A stretch of DNA of 64,000 nucleotides. It comes from Ignavibacteria bacterium RIFOXYC2_FULL_35_21. Lineage in GTDB: Bacteria; Bacteroidota; Ignavibacteria; Kapaibacteriales; UBA2268. This document shows, piece after piece, positions 49,072 to 58,733 of this stretch. The translations under genes were made by a program, and so were the position numbers. Each line of letters begins with the position of its first letter. The first letter of the stretch is position 1. Location of the stretch: positions 15,399 through 79,398 of the forward strand of contig MHAY01000027.1 in assembly GCA_001804705.1 (NCBI GenBank), read 5' to 3'. The notes beneath the pieces are model-generated. The model had not been told where the DNA came from. It made no database searches and saw only the letters and a list, made by a program, of their open reading frames with translations.

Positions 49072-50274
49072 CTATTCTTCTTTGATAGGCTCGATTCTGT
49101 CTTTTCCGTCTTCAGGACATTTCTTCCTGATTTTATATGAAGCAGACAGAGTAGTGATAGGCACAGCCCAAAGCCTTTCTTTTGCAATTAAGCAACCGCA
49201 GACCCTGCATATGCCATACGTTTTATCTTTAATTCTGCTCAAAGCGTCATCCAGCTTCTTGATATATTCATTGATTCTTTGAATCTGAGCATACGTCTTT
49301 TCTTTTTCCATTGCTTCGGAACCTTGTTCAGCCATATGCATTGAATATATCATACTTTCCTCAGCGAAATCGTAAGCGTTCAGGTCTTCAAGCCTTTCAC
49401 GGAGCATCCTAAGCTCGTCAATTGCTTCCTGCCTCATATCGAAAATTCTCTGCTTGAACATATCGAGGTCCTTATCAGAGTATCTGACACCAGGCTTTGG
49501 CTTTTTGATTTGAATAGGTTCAGGTTCGGCAACTGCTTTTTTCTGGGTTTGTACTTTAATTTTCAGAGTTGCCTTCTTCTGCTCTATTTTAGGCTTTTCA
49601 ATCTTAGTAACTTTAATCGGTGCAGGTTTTGTTATTTTCTTCACTGCTTTAACCGGTTTCCTGGAAGGTGGTTTTACTACCTTCTTTGGTTTTACAGTTT
49701 TTTTCGGAGCAACTTTTTTAATTGTTTTTTTCACAATTATCCTGGTTGTCTTTTTAACTGTTTTCTTAACAGGTTTCACAGGAGTATTTGCAACGACTTT
49801 CTTTTGAGGTTTAGCAGAAATCTTTTTTGCTGGTATGACAGCTTTCTTAGGTTTGGCGAGTTTTTTATTTTTCAAAGCCGGCCGAGCAACTGACTTAGCA
49901 GAAGATTTCTTTGACTGCTTAGCCATACGTTTCTGGACCGGCTTGAAGGGACTTGCTTTGGTTGAGCCCTTCTTTGCCGCTTTTTTCGGAGCAGCTTTTT
50001 TAGCAACTTTTTTTGGAGCTGCTTTTTTCGGAGCAGCTTTCTTTGCTGGTTTTTTGGATACAGCTTTTTTTGGAGCTGCTTTAGCTGGAGCTGCCTTCTT
50101 TACCGGTTTTTTAGCAACTTTTTTTGGAGCTGCTTTTTTTGCTGCCGGCTTTTTTGCTGCCGGTTTTTTCGGAGCTGCTTTTTTCACCGGCTTTTTTGCT
50201 GCCGGTTTGGCCTTCTTTGCTGCTGCTTTTTTGGCAGCTGTAGCTTTTGGTTTTGTTTTTGCTTTACTTGGCAT
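49072..50274 (-). CDS. TraR/DksA-type zinc-finger protein fused to a Lys/Ala/Pro-rich (histone H1-like) N-terminal domain of about 275 aa
   Basis: C-terminal region of about 125 aa: coiled coil (FKQRIFDMRQEAIDELRMLRERLEDL...) followed by YGICRVCGCLIAKERLWAVPITTLSASYK, the single-Cys-pair TraR/DksA type seen in the FCB group. N-terminus MPSKAKTKPKATAAKKAAAKKAKPAAKKPVKKAAPKKPAAKK.... Start at ATG 50274 with an AAGGGG Shine-Dalgarno site. The track start 50388 adds an implausible leader. Confidence 0.7.
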   Translation of the reverse strand: MPSKAKTKPKATAAKKAAAKKAKPAAKKPVKKAAPKKPAAKKPAAKKAAPKKVAKKPVKKAAPAKAAPKKAVSKKPAKKAAPKKAAPKKVAKKAAPKKAAKKGSTKASPFKPVQKRMAKQSKKSSAKSVARPALKNKKLAKPKKAVIPAKKISAKPQKKVVANTPVKPVKKTVKKTTRIIVKKTIKKVAPKKTVKPKKVVKPPSRKPVKAVKKITKPAPIKVTKIEKPKIEQKKATLKIKVQTQKKAVAEPEPIQIKKPKPGVRYSDKDLDMFKQRIFDMRQEAIDELRMLRERLEDLNAYDFAEESMIYSMHMAEQGSEAMEKEKTYAQIQRINEYIKKLDDALSRIKDKTYGICRVCGCLIAKERLWAVPITTLSASYKIRKKCPEDGKDRIEPIKEE

Positions 50275-50447
50275 AATTCTTCCCCTTAGAGTTATACAAG
50301 TACACCCAGAATTTTTTTTCAAAAATTTTTGTTTTTTCAAACAACTTTCAAATATCAAGTTAACAAAATTTATAGATAATGCAAACATATGTGGAAAAAT
50401 ATTTTTGTTTTTTTTTTCATCAATAACTATTAACTTGCTACTCCCAG

Positions 50448-53400
50448 TTATATCTTATTTATAATAACTTTTATTATTTCGTTATCAATATCAAATTCAC
50501 TACCACCTTCGAACTTAGACTGGTTCAGCTTTTCAGCTAAGGTTTCGCTCATGATATGTTGCTTTTTTTCTTCGATTGCAATTGAAATATTTTCACTTGC
50601 TTCATATAAAATTTTTATTCTGTCAGTTACATCATACCCGGAATTTTTTCTTAAGTTTTGAATTCTGTTTATAAATTCTCTTGCAATACCTTCTTTGATT
50701 AATTCATCATCAATCTGTGTATCGAGTGCAACTGTAATGCTCTCCTGCGAAGCTACGAGCCATCCCTCGATGTCTTCGCTTATTATTTCGACATCATCCG
50801 AAATTAATTCAATTTCAGTTTCTTCAATTTTTATTTTTAATGAATTTGCAGATTCTAAAATTTTTATTTCTTTTTCCGTGAGTTCTTTGATTGCGTTAGC
50901 AACAAGCTGTGTGATTTTTCCGAATTTCTTTCCGATTGATTTGAAATTCGGTTTTGCAGATTTCTTTACAATCTCTGTCTCGCCGCTCACAAACTCGATT
51001 TCTTTGACATTGATTTCCTCTTTAATCACATCTTCAAAGTATTGAATATCTCTTCTGAATTTTGGAGAAAGAACAGGAACAAGAATTCTTCTCAATGGTT
51101 GCCTGACTTTTATTTTTGAGGTTTCACGAAGTGACCTCACAAGAAAAACAATTGTCTGAGCTATTCCCATTCTTCTTTCAAGCTCTTTATTGATAAGAGC
51201 TAAATCAGGTTCAGGGATTGAAAGTAGATGTATTGATTCTTTATCGCCATCAATTCTCAATCGCTGATATAAAACCTCGGAAAGAAATGGGGCAGCAGGT
51301 GCAATAAGAGTTAATGCATGAATCAGAATTTTCCTTAATGTCTGATATGCAGCTTTTTTATCCTTGTCATTTTCACCTTTCCAGAATCTTCTTCTGTTGC
51401 GGCGGATGTACCAATTCGATAATTCGTTTCTAACGAAATTCTGAACGGCTCTCAGTGCTTTTGTGATATCATATCCTTCAAAATATTTTTTGTAGTCGGA
51501 AATCAATGTGTTAACTCGTGACAATAACCATCTGTCAATTTCCGGTAAATCATTGAAGTCAACTTCTTCCTCATTTCCAGTAAATCCATCAATGTTGGCA
51601 TAAAGAGAAAAGAAAGCATAAGTATTTGTCAGCGACCTGAAGAAATCCGATATGACGGTTTTGGCAAGGTCTTCTTTATTAAATAAGGTTGCTTTCCATG
51701 GTGGATTGTTAACAAACAAATACCAGCGTACGGCATCGGCACCGAACTCTTCCATAATTTGAAACGGGTCAACAACATTGCCTTTTGATTTTGACATCTT
51801 AACGCCGTCTTTATCGAGAATGAGTTCATTGACTATAATATTTTTGAAAGCAGGTTTATTAAAAATACCGCATGCTATGTTATGCAATGTATAAAACCAG
51901 CCGCGTGTCTGGTCAATACCTTCTGCAATGAAATCTCCCGGAAATTCTTTTTCAAACAATTCCCGGTTTTCGAAAGGGTAGTGCATCTGTGCAAAAGGCA
52001 TCGAACCCGAATCGAACCAAACATCAACAACTTCAGGAATTCTTCTGTACAGTTTTCCACTCTTCTCAAAAATTATTTTATCAACGAAGGGCCTGTGAAT
52101 ATCAATTTCAAAATCTGTTTCTTTTAAAGGAACTCTTTTGCCATCAGGATACTCATATAAGCCTTCTTTAAGTTCAGCGATTGAACCGATTGCAAACATA
52201 TCGTTACCATCTTCCGATACCCAGATTGGAAGGGGTGTTCCCCAAAATCTATCTCTTGATAAATTCCACTCCTTAGCCTCTTCGAGCCAGTGGCCAAATC
52301 TGCCCGAACCAATTTCCGGCGGCTGCCAGTTAATCGTTTTATTTATTTTTACCATAGCTTCTTTGTAATCCGGCGATTTTATAAACCATGAATCACGTGC
52401 ATAGTACATCACCGGATTTCCTGTCCTCCAGCAATGAGGATAGCTGTGCAGGTAATCATTAGTGGCTTTATAAATTTTTCCGGCATATTTCAACGCAATG
52501 ATTATTTCTTTGTCCGAGCCTTCTTCTTCATGGTCGGCATAAGTTAAGTGCTTGATAGCTTTTCCGGCAAACTCTCCGAGCTCTTTTGTGAAATGGCCGT
52601 TCGGTGTTACAGGTTGAAGAAACGGCAAATTAAATTTCTTCGACATCTGGTAATCATCTTCGCCGAATGCCGGAGCGAGATGAACAATCCCACTTCCATC
52701 TTCTGTTGATACAAAATCCCCGGGAAGAACAGTCAAGGCATTTGGAAATTTATTTCTGTCAATATGAATGTAATTGAAAATTTGTTCAAACACAGTACCG
52801 ATAATATCTTTACCTTTTATCTCTTTCAGAATTTCATACTCACCTTCGATAACATTTAATCTTGATTTTGCAAGTACAAGATAATCTGATAATTCCTCAT
52901 CTTTGATTTTTCTTTTATTTTTTATAAAAACATAATCGATATCTTTACCAACTGCAAGAGCAACATTTGCAAAAAGAGTCCAAGGTGTGGTTGTCCAAAC
53001 CATTAAATCAGCACCTTTGATTTCTTTAACCGGCGATGATAAAATTTTCAATTTCAGATAAACATTCGGGTCTCTAACATCCTTGTATCCAAGTGACAAT
53101 TCATGTGAACTTAATGGAGTTTCAATTGTCGGTGATTGCGGGACAACCTTGAAACCTTTATATATAAGCCCTTTGTCAAAGAATTGTTTGAGTGCCCACC
53201 AAACTGATTCAGTATATTCATTTGTGCAAGTTATGTATGCGGAATCAAGGTCGAGCCAATAACCCATGCGGTTGGTGAGGTATCGCCAGCCCTGGTCCAT
53301 TTCAATATTGTGATAAACAAACTCTTTGCATTTTTTATTAAAATTTTCAATTCCGAATTTTATTATTTCTTGTTTGGTATTAAATCCTAATTCTTTTTCG

Positions 53401-53687
53401 ACTGCGATTTCAACAGGTAGTCCATGTGTATCCCATCCTGCTTGCCTGCGAACATAAAATCCTGTCATCGTTTTGTATCTGCATACTGCATCCTTAATTG
53501 TACGAGCCATTAAATGATGTAAACCGGGTTTCCCATTTACAGTAGGAGGCCCTTCGTAAAAGCTGTATGATTTGCACCCTTCACGATTTTTTAAAGATTT
53601 ATCAAATATTTTATTATTTTCCCAAAATTTTAATATGTCATGCTCAAGCTCCGGATATGAGAGCTTTTCCTGTAACGGTTTAAACAT
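50448..53687 (-). CDS. ileS: Isoleucine--tRNA ligase (type 2, long form)
   Basis: 1079 aa. HIGH-region variant PPTVNGKPGLHHLMART, WTTTPWTL editing-domain motif and KMSKSKGN. Confidence 0.95.
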   Translation of the reverse strand: MFKPLQEKLSYPELEHDILKFWENNKIFDKSLKNREGCKSYSFYEGPPTVNGKPGLHHLMARTIKDAVCRYKTMTGFYVRRQAGWDTHGLPVEIAVEKELGFNTKQEIIKFGIENFNKKCKEFVYHNIEMDQGWRYLTNRMGYWLDLDSAYITCTNEYTESVWWALKQFFDKGLIYKGFKVVPQSPTIETPLSSHELSLGYKDVRDPNVYLKLKILSSPVKEIKGADLMVWTTTPWTLFANVALAVGKDIDYVFIKNKRKIKDEELSDYLVLAKSRLNVIEGEYEILKEIKGKDIIGTVFEQIFNYIHIDRNKFPNALTVLPGDFVSTEDGSGIVHLAPAFGEDDYQMSKKFNLPFLQPVTPNGHFTKELGEFAGKAIKHLTYADHEEEGSDKEIIIALKYAGKIYKATNDYLHSYPHCWRTGNPVMYYARDSWFIKSPDYKEAMVKINKTINWQPPEIGSGRFGHWLEEAKEWNLSRDRFWGTPLPIWVSEDGNDMFAIGSIAELKEGLYEYPDGKRVPLKETDFEIDIHRPFVDKIIFEKSGKLYRRIPEVVDVWFDSGSMPFAQMHYPFENRELFEKEFPGDFIAEGIDQTRGWFYTLHNIACGIFNKPAFKNIIVNELILDKDGVKMSKSKGNVVDPFQIMEEFGADAVRWYLFVNNPPWKATLFNKEDLAKTVISDFFRSLTNTYAFFSLYANIDGFTGNEEEVDFNDLPEIDRWLLSRVNTLISDYKKYFEGYDITKALRAVQNFVRNELSNWYIRRNRRRFWKGENDKDKKAAYQTLRKILIHALTLIAPAAPFLSEVLYQRLRIDGDKESIHLLSIPEPDLALINKELERRMGIAQTIVFLVRSLRETSKIKVRQPLRRILVPVLSPKFRRDIQYFEDVIKEEINVKEIEFVSGETEIVKKSAKPNFKSIGKKFGKITQLVANAIKELTEKEIKILESANSLKIKIEETEIELISDDVEIISEDIEGWLVASQESITVALDTQIDDELIKEGIAREFINRIQNLRKNSGYDVTDRIKILYEASENISIAIEEKKQHIMSETLAEKLNQSKFEGGSEFDIDNEIIKVIINKI

Positions 53688-53883
53688 AAGAGATATAGTC
53701 CATTAAATTTTACAAAAAAAAGAACAACAATAATATGATTTTTTATTAGATTATACAAATCTTGATACATGATTATTTCTGATTTTGTTATTAAATTGCT
53801 TCAATCAAAATAAATTATTTTTAATTTTGTTTATAGTAAAAATTAACTCTCAAATTATTCCAAAATATTTCAAAGGAGATTTT

Positions 53884-56706
53884 GTGAAAATTAAATTATT
53901 AAAACTTGCAATCATCATTGCTTTGTTTGCATTCGTTTCTTCACTCAATGCACAATTAAAAATTGATTACACAAACGTTAAAGCAAAAATTCCTCCAGAC
54001 CCAAAAATTAAAATCGGGAAATTGAGTAATGGTTTGACTTATTATATTAAGGAAAACAAGAAACCCGAAAAAAGAGCTGAGCTTCTGCTCGCAGTCAATG
54101 CAGGTGCTATACTTGAAGACGACGACCAGGACGGGCTTGCCCACTTTTGCGAACACATGGCTTTTAACGGAACAAAAAATTTTCCAAAGAATGAATTGGT
54201 TAGTTTCCTTGAATCAACAGGCGTAAGATTCGGCAGTGACCTCAATGCCTATACGAATACTGATGAAACAGTATATATGTTAACCTTGCCAACTGACAAG
54301 GATGATATCCTGAATAAAGGCTTCCGAGTTCTGGAAGATTGGGCTCATAATGTTACATATAAAGATGAAGATATTGATAGTGAACGCGGTGTTATTCTTG
54401 AAGAATGGAGGCTTGGAAAAGGTGCAGAGGACAGAATTGACAGAATTCAAAGAACTATTCTATACAAAAATTCAAAATATGCTGTGCGTGATGTGATTGG
54501 TGATACGGCAATCATCAATCATGCCCCTTATGATGCTTTCAGAAGATTTTATCATGATTGGTACAGGCCTAATTTAATGGCAGTTATTGTTGTGGGTGAT
54601 TTTGATGTAAATGTTATCGAAAAGAAAATTATCGAACATTTTGGAAAACTTGTGAATCCCGAAAAACCTCGTGAAAGAGTAAAATTCACAGTTCCTCCCC
54701 ACAAAGATATTCTTGTTACAGTTGCTAAAGATGCTGAACTATCTATGCCTGGTATTGAAATCTATTTTAAACACGAAGGCAGAGAAGAGGGTACTGTTGG
54801 TTCAGCGAGACAAGATATCGTTGACAATCTTTTTTCAAGTATAATAAGTGAAAGATTGAGTGAGTTAACGAGGAAATCCAATCCTCCTTTCATTTATGCC
54901 TTCGCAAGAGAATCAAGGTTTGTTGACGATATTCGTTCCTTTACTTTAAGGGCAGGAGCTAAAAGTGACGGGATTAAATATGCTCTTGAATCATTACTTA
55001 CTGAAGCATTCCGTGTTATGAACAACGGATTTAACGATTCAGAACTTGAAAGAGCAAAGAAAAATCTCCTCAGAAGATTGGAAAGGGCATATGCAGAACG
55101 TGATAAAACACCTTCACAAAATTTTGCATTTGAATTCGCAAGAAATTTTCTTGATGACGAATCTATTCCCGGTATCGAAACCGAATTGGAAATGTATAAA
55201 CATTTTCTTCCAGAAATCACTTTAAAAGAAGTTAATGATATGCCGGGAAAATTAATTCGTAACGAAAATTGCGTAATTACTGTTTCTGCTCCCGATAAAA
55301 CTGATGTAAATGCACCTTCAGAATCAGAAGTACTTGCTTTATACAATGAGATAGCTAATAAAAAAATCGAAGCATATTCCGATGTTGTTATTGATAAACC
55401 TTTGCTTCCTCAAATGCCCAAACCCGGTACTGTCTCACAGGAGAAACTGATTAAGGATATTGGTGTAACAGAATTAACACTTTCAAATGGAGCGAAAGTA
55501 GTCCTTAAACCTACCGAATTCCAAAATGATGAAATAGCATTTCGTTCATTTCATTCAGGGGGAACCTCTCTGGCTTCAGATAATGATTATTATTCTGCTT
55601 ATTCGGCATCATCAATTATCAATCAAAGCGGTATCGGTGAATTTAACAGAACCCAGCTTTCAAAACTTTTAGCTGGTAAAGTTGTACGGGTCAATACTTA
55701 TGTTGATGAATTGGATGAAGAGGTTTATGGTTCATGTTCACCGAATGATATGGAAACCATGTTTCAGTTGATAAATTCCTATTTCACACAACCCAGAAAG
55801 GATAAAGAATCATTTCAGTCATATATTGAAAAAATTAAATCCCAGGTAAGAGACTCTAAGAATAGTCCTAGGGCTGTATTTAACGATTCATTCAGAGTCA
55901 CCATCAGCAATTATCATTTCAGAAGAATGCCCGCAACCGAAGATAAAATTGATAAAGTTAATCTCGATAAAGCTTATGAATTTTATAAACAGAGATTCTC
56001 AAATGCGAATGGTTTTACATTTTTCTTTGCAGGTAATTTTAGTGTTGAAAAAATCAAACCTTACCTGCTAACATATCTCGGAAGCCTTCCATCAAATACA
56101 AATATTGATAAATGGAAAGATGTTGGAATTCAAACTCCAAAAGGAAAAATTGATAAAGTTGTGAAAAAAGGTATTGAGGCTCAAAGCATTGTCAGGCTTG
56201 TGTTCTCAGGTGATTATCAATGGAATGAGCAAAATAATTTTGAATTTAGTGCAATGATGGATGTCTTCGATATAAAACTTCGTGAAGTACTCCGCGAAGA
56301 CAAAGGTGGAGTTTACGGAGTTGGTGCATGGCAATCAACCGATAAATTCCCGAAGGAAAAATATAGTGTCAATATCGGTTTTGGATGTGACCCTCAGCGT
56401 GTTGACGAACTCATTAATGCTGTTCTCGATGTTATGAAAAATATGACATCGGAAAAACCGGACTCAACTTATATGAACAAAATAAAAGAGATTCAAAAAA
56501 GAGAAAATGAAGTTAATATGAAAGAAAATGGGTTCTGGATTAATTCCTTATATAGTTCTTATTACTATAGTGAAAATCCTGTCAACATTCTAAAAACAAA
56601 TGATATGATTGACAAACTGACTGCAGATGATGTTTATGCAGCTGCAAAGAAATATTTCAAAACTGATAATTACATTCGTATGGTTCTTATGCCTGAAGAC
56701 AAATAG
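53884..56706 (+). CDS. M16-family (pitrilysin-like) zinc peptidase, two-half long form
   Basis: Inverted zinc motif HFCEHMAFNGT (HxxEH) plus EDRI. GTG 53884 is preceded by GGAGA and gives the signal peptide VKIKLLKLAIIIALFAFVSSLNAQ. The track start 53785 is unlikely. Confidence 0.85.
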   Translation: MKIKLLKLAIIIALFAFVSSLNAQLKIDYTNVKAKIPPDPKIKIGKLSNGLTYYIKENKKPEKRAELLLAVNAGAILEDDDQDGLAHFCEHMAFNGTKNFPKNELVSFLESTGVRFGSDLNAYTNTDETVYMLTLPTDKDDILNKGFRVLEDWAHNVTYKDEDIDSERGVILEEWRLGKGAEDRIDRIQRTILYKNSKYAVRDVIGDTAIINHAPYDAFRRFYHDWYRPNLMAVIVVGDFDVNVIEKKIIEHFGKLVNPEKPRERVKFTVPPHKDILVTVAKDAELSMPGIEIYFKHEGREEGTVGSARQDIVDNLFSSIISERLSELTRKSNPPFIYAFARESRFVDDIRSFTLRAGAKSDGIKYALESLLTEAFRVMNNGFNDSELERAKKNLLRRLERAYAERDKTPSQNFAFEFARNFLDDESIPGIETELEMYKHFLPEITLKEVNDMPGKLIRNENCVITVSAPDKTDVNAPSESEVLALYNEIANKKIEAYSDVVIDKPLLPQMPKPGTVSQEKLIKDIGVTELTLSNGAKVVLKPTEFQNDEIAFRSFHSGGTSLASDNDYYSAYSASSIINQSGIGEFNRTQLSKLLAGKVVRVNTYVDELDEEVYGSCSPNDMETMFQLINSYFTQPRKDKESFQSYIEKIKSQVRDSKNSPRAVFNDSFRVTISNYHFRRMPATEDKIDKVNLDKAYEFYKQRFSNANGFTFFFAGNFSVEKIKPYLLTYLGSLPSNTNIDKWKDVGIQTPKGKIDKVVKKGIEAQSIVRLVFSGDYQWNEQNNFEFSAMMDVFDIKLREVLREDKGGVYGVGAWQSTDKFPKEKYSVNIGFGCDPQRVDELINAVLDVMKNMTSEKPDSTYMNKIKEIQKRENEVNMKENGFWINSLYSSYYYSENPVNILKTNDMIDKLTADDVYAAAKKYFKTDNYIRMVLMPEDK

Positions 56707-56715
56707 AAATAAAAT

Positions 56716-56859
56716 GTAGGGGCAGAATATTTTCTGCCCCCAAAAATAAAAGTAGTACCAGAATATTTTCTGCCCCCAAAAATAAAAGTAGTACCAGAAT
56801 ATTTTCTGCCCTCCAAAATAAATGTAGGGGCAGAATATTTTCTGCCCTCCAAAATCATT
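56716..56859. repeat. Tandem repeat, 4 x 36 bp, mosaic variants, hairpin-forming
   Basis: Units start at 56716, 56752, 56788 and 56824. Consensus is gtagNNNcagaatattttctgcccYccaaaataaaN. Unit 1 contains a perfect 9-bp stem ggggcagaa / ttctgcccc. Confidence 0.9.
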
Positions 56860-56954
56860 AATAATTTTAACGGGGATAAATGCCCGTTTTTTATTTCAAA
56901 AGTTTTATTAATTTTAAGTTAAGAATTTGTAGTATTAATAAATGGATAATTATT

Positions 56955-58328
56955 ATGAAACTCACAACATTAATTTTTGTTCTTTTTCTTTCATCGCTTG
57001 TTTTACTCTCAGCTCAGGAGTTCGAGAGAGTCACTCTTAATGTAACTGTTTATAATAGTGACCTTGGAGTCATTAAAGATGTCCGAAAAATTGATATGAA
57101 AAAAGGAATTTCAAACATAAAAGTTACTGATGTTGCCGAAAGGATTGACCCGACAAGTGTTCATATTAAATTAAAAGGAACTGTCATCGAACAGAATTAT
57201 CAGTATGACCTTGTCAGCCTCTCAAAAATTTTAGAAAAATATATTGATAATGAAATTACTCTTACTTCTGATAAAAATGTAATAAAAGGAAAGTTGCTTT
57301 CAACAGGCAACATAGTGCTAAGAAAAGATGACGGAAGTTTATTGATGCTTCCAAAGATTGATGATTACCAGGTAGCCGTTGGTGCATTGCCCGAAGGATT
57401 GATAACTAAACCAACATTAGTCTGGACATTGGAATCTGATGCTTCAGGAAAACAAGATGTTGAAATCACATATCAAACTTCCGGATTAAACTGGCACACA
57501 GAGTATGTTGCTTTATTAAACGAAAATGATACTAAAATGGATTTAAAAGCCTGGGTGAGCATTAACAACAATACAGGGGCAACCTACAAAGAAGCAAAGC
57601 TAAAACTTGTTGCTGGTGATGTTAATCGTGTTCACAGATATATTCCTGAGGCTGTCATGGATAAAAATGGTGGTTCAGGTTATGATGTAAGGGGAGAGCA
57701 ATTCAAAGAAAAATCATTTTTTGAATATCACATATATAACCTACAAAGACCAACAACAATTGCTGACAATGAAACGAAACAAATATCTCTTTTTGATGTG
57801 AACGGAATTAAAGTTATAAAAAAATATATTTACAGAAGCGGGGGATATTATAATAATTCTGTAGAGACGCATGGCAATGCGTCTGTACAGGTTGAGTTTG
57901 AGAATAAAAAAGACAACAATCTCGGTATCCCAATGCCTGAGGGTAAGGCAAGGCTTTATAAGTCCGATGGTGAATCAGTTGAATTCATTGGAGAAGATAT
58001 GATAGGCCATACTCCTAAGGATGAAATGATAAAACTCAAAGTAGGGGATGCTTTCGATATAGTTGTCGAGGACGTTGAAAAGGATTATAAGAGAATTTCA
58101 GATAAAGTTCACGAGCATTTATATGAAATAAAAATTAAAAATAGAAAAACTGAGAACATTGTTGTTGAAGTTGAACGATATTTGGGATACAACTGGGAAA
58201 TTCTCGAATCATCGCTTGATTATGAGAAAAAAGATGCTCAGAACATAATATTTAAAGTGCCGGTTGAAAAAGAGAAGGAAAAAGTATTATCATTTAAAAT
58301 TCGTTATAAAGATAAAACCAGCGGTTAA
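56955..58328 (+). CDS. Hypothetical secreted protein (possibly DUF4139/MuiA-like)
   Basis: ATG 56955 gives the signal peptide MKLTTLIFVLFLSSLVLLSAQ. The family name is a recollection only (LKLVAGDVNRV region). No catalytic motif. Confidence 0.5.
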   Translation: MKLTTLIFVLFLSSLVLLSAQEFERVTLNVTVYNSDLGVIKDVRKIDMKKGISNIKVTDVAERIDPTSVHIKLKGTVIEQNYQYDLVSLSKILEKYIDNEITLTSDKNVIKGKLLSTGNIVLRKDDGSLLMLPKIDDYQVAVGALPEGLITKPTLVWTLESDASGKQDVEITYQTSGLNWHTEYVALLNENDTKMDLKAWVSINNNTGATYKEAKLKLVAGDVNRVHRYIPEAVMDKNGGSGYDVRGEQFKEKSFFEYHIYNLQRPTTIADNETKQISLFDVNGIKVIKKYIYRSGGYYNNSVETHGNASVQVEFENKKDNNLGIPMPEGKARLYKSDGESVEFIGEDMIGHTPKDEMIKLKVGDAFDIVVEDVEKDYKRISDKVHEHLYEIKIKNRKTENIVVEVERYLGYNWEILESSLDYEKKDAQNIIFKVPVEKEKEKVLSFKIRYKDKTSG

Positions 58329-58733
58329 TAAATTCCCGCAATAATTTATTATTTTCTTTTAATCCCACAATTGTGGGTTTAATTCCCCGAAGCTTGCTTC
58401 GTTATCAACATAATTGATTATTGATACTTCGTAGCTTGCTATGGGGCAGTTTATTAAAAAACAGTACATACTGAGTAAAGAGAACATGAATCAACTTTAT
58501 TCAATAAAAAACATTTAATGAGTATGTAAATGATTTTGACAATTGTTCTATGATATATTAAGTAATAAGCATATTAATAAATTTATTAATTAGTATATTT
58601 GTCTCGTTTGTTGATAAAAGAAAAAAATACGAATTTATATTTTTGAAATTATTGGATTTTAAAAATTTCAATTGAAAATAAGAAAAATTATCATTCTTCA
58701 ATTATTATGTTTAATTTATTTTGTGAAATTTTT

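Noticed and set aside
49510-50464. Plus-strand ORFs of 127 aa and 209 aa rich in Phe/Gly/Ala
   Set aside because: They are antisense translations of the AAG/GCN-rich repeat encoding the Lys/Ala tail of the TraR/DksA fusion. They are frame-open only because of the repeat composition.
56670-56858. 62-aa minus-strand ORF (ILEGRKYSAPTF repeats); also considered as a possible CRISPR array
   Set aside because: The ORF is just the 36-bp tandem repeat read in frame. It is not a CRISPR because the units are directly adjacent with no unique spacers, there are only four units, and no cas genes are present.
58330-58733. Cobalamin riboswitch upstream of the BtuB-like TonB-dependent receptor
   Set aside because: The region is extremely AT-rich and I could not find a B12-box-like GCCACTG/AGGGAAGCC-type core. 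It contains only a terminator-like palindrome (cccacaattgtggg) and a degenerate REP-like hairpin.
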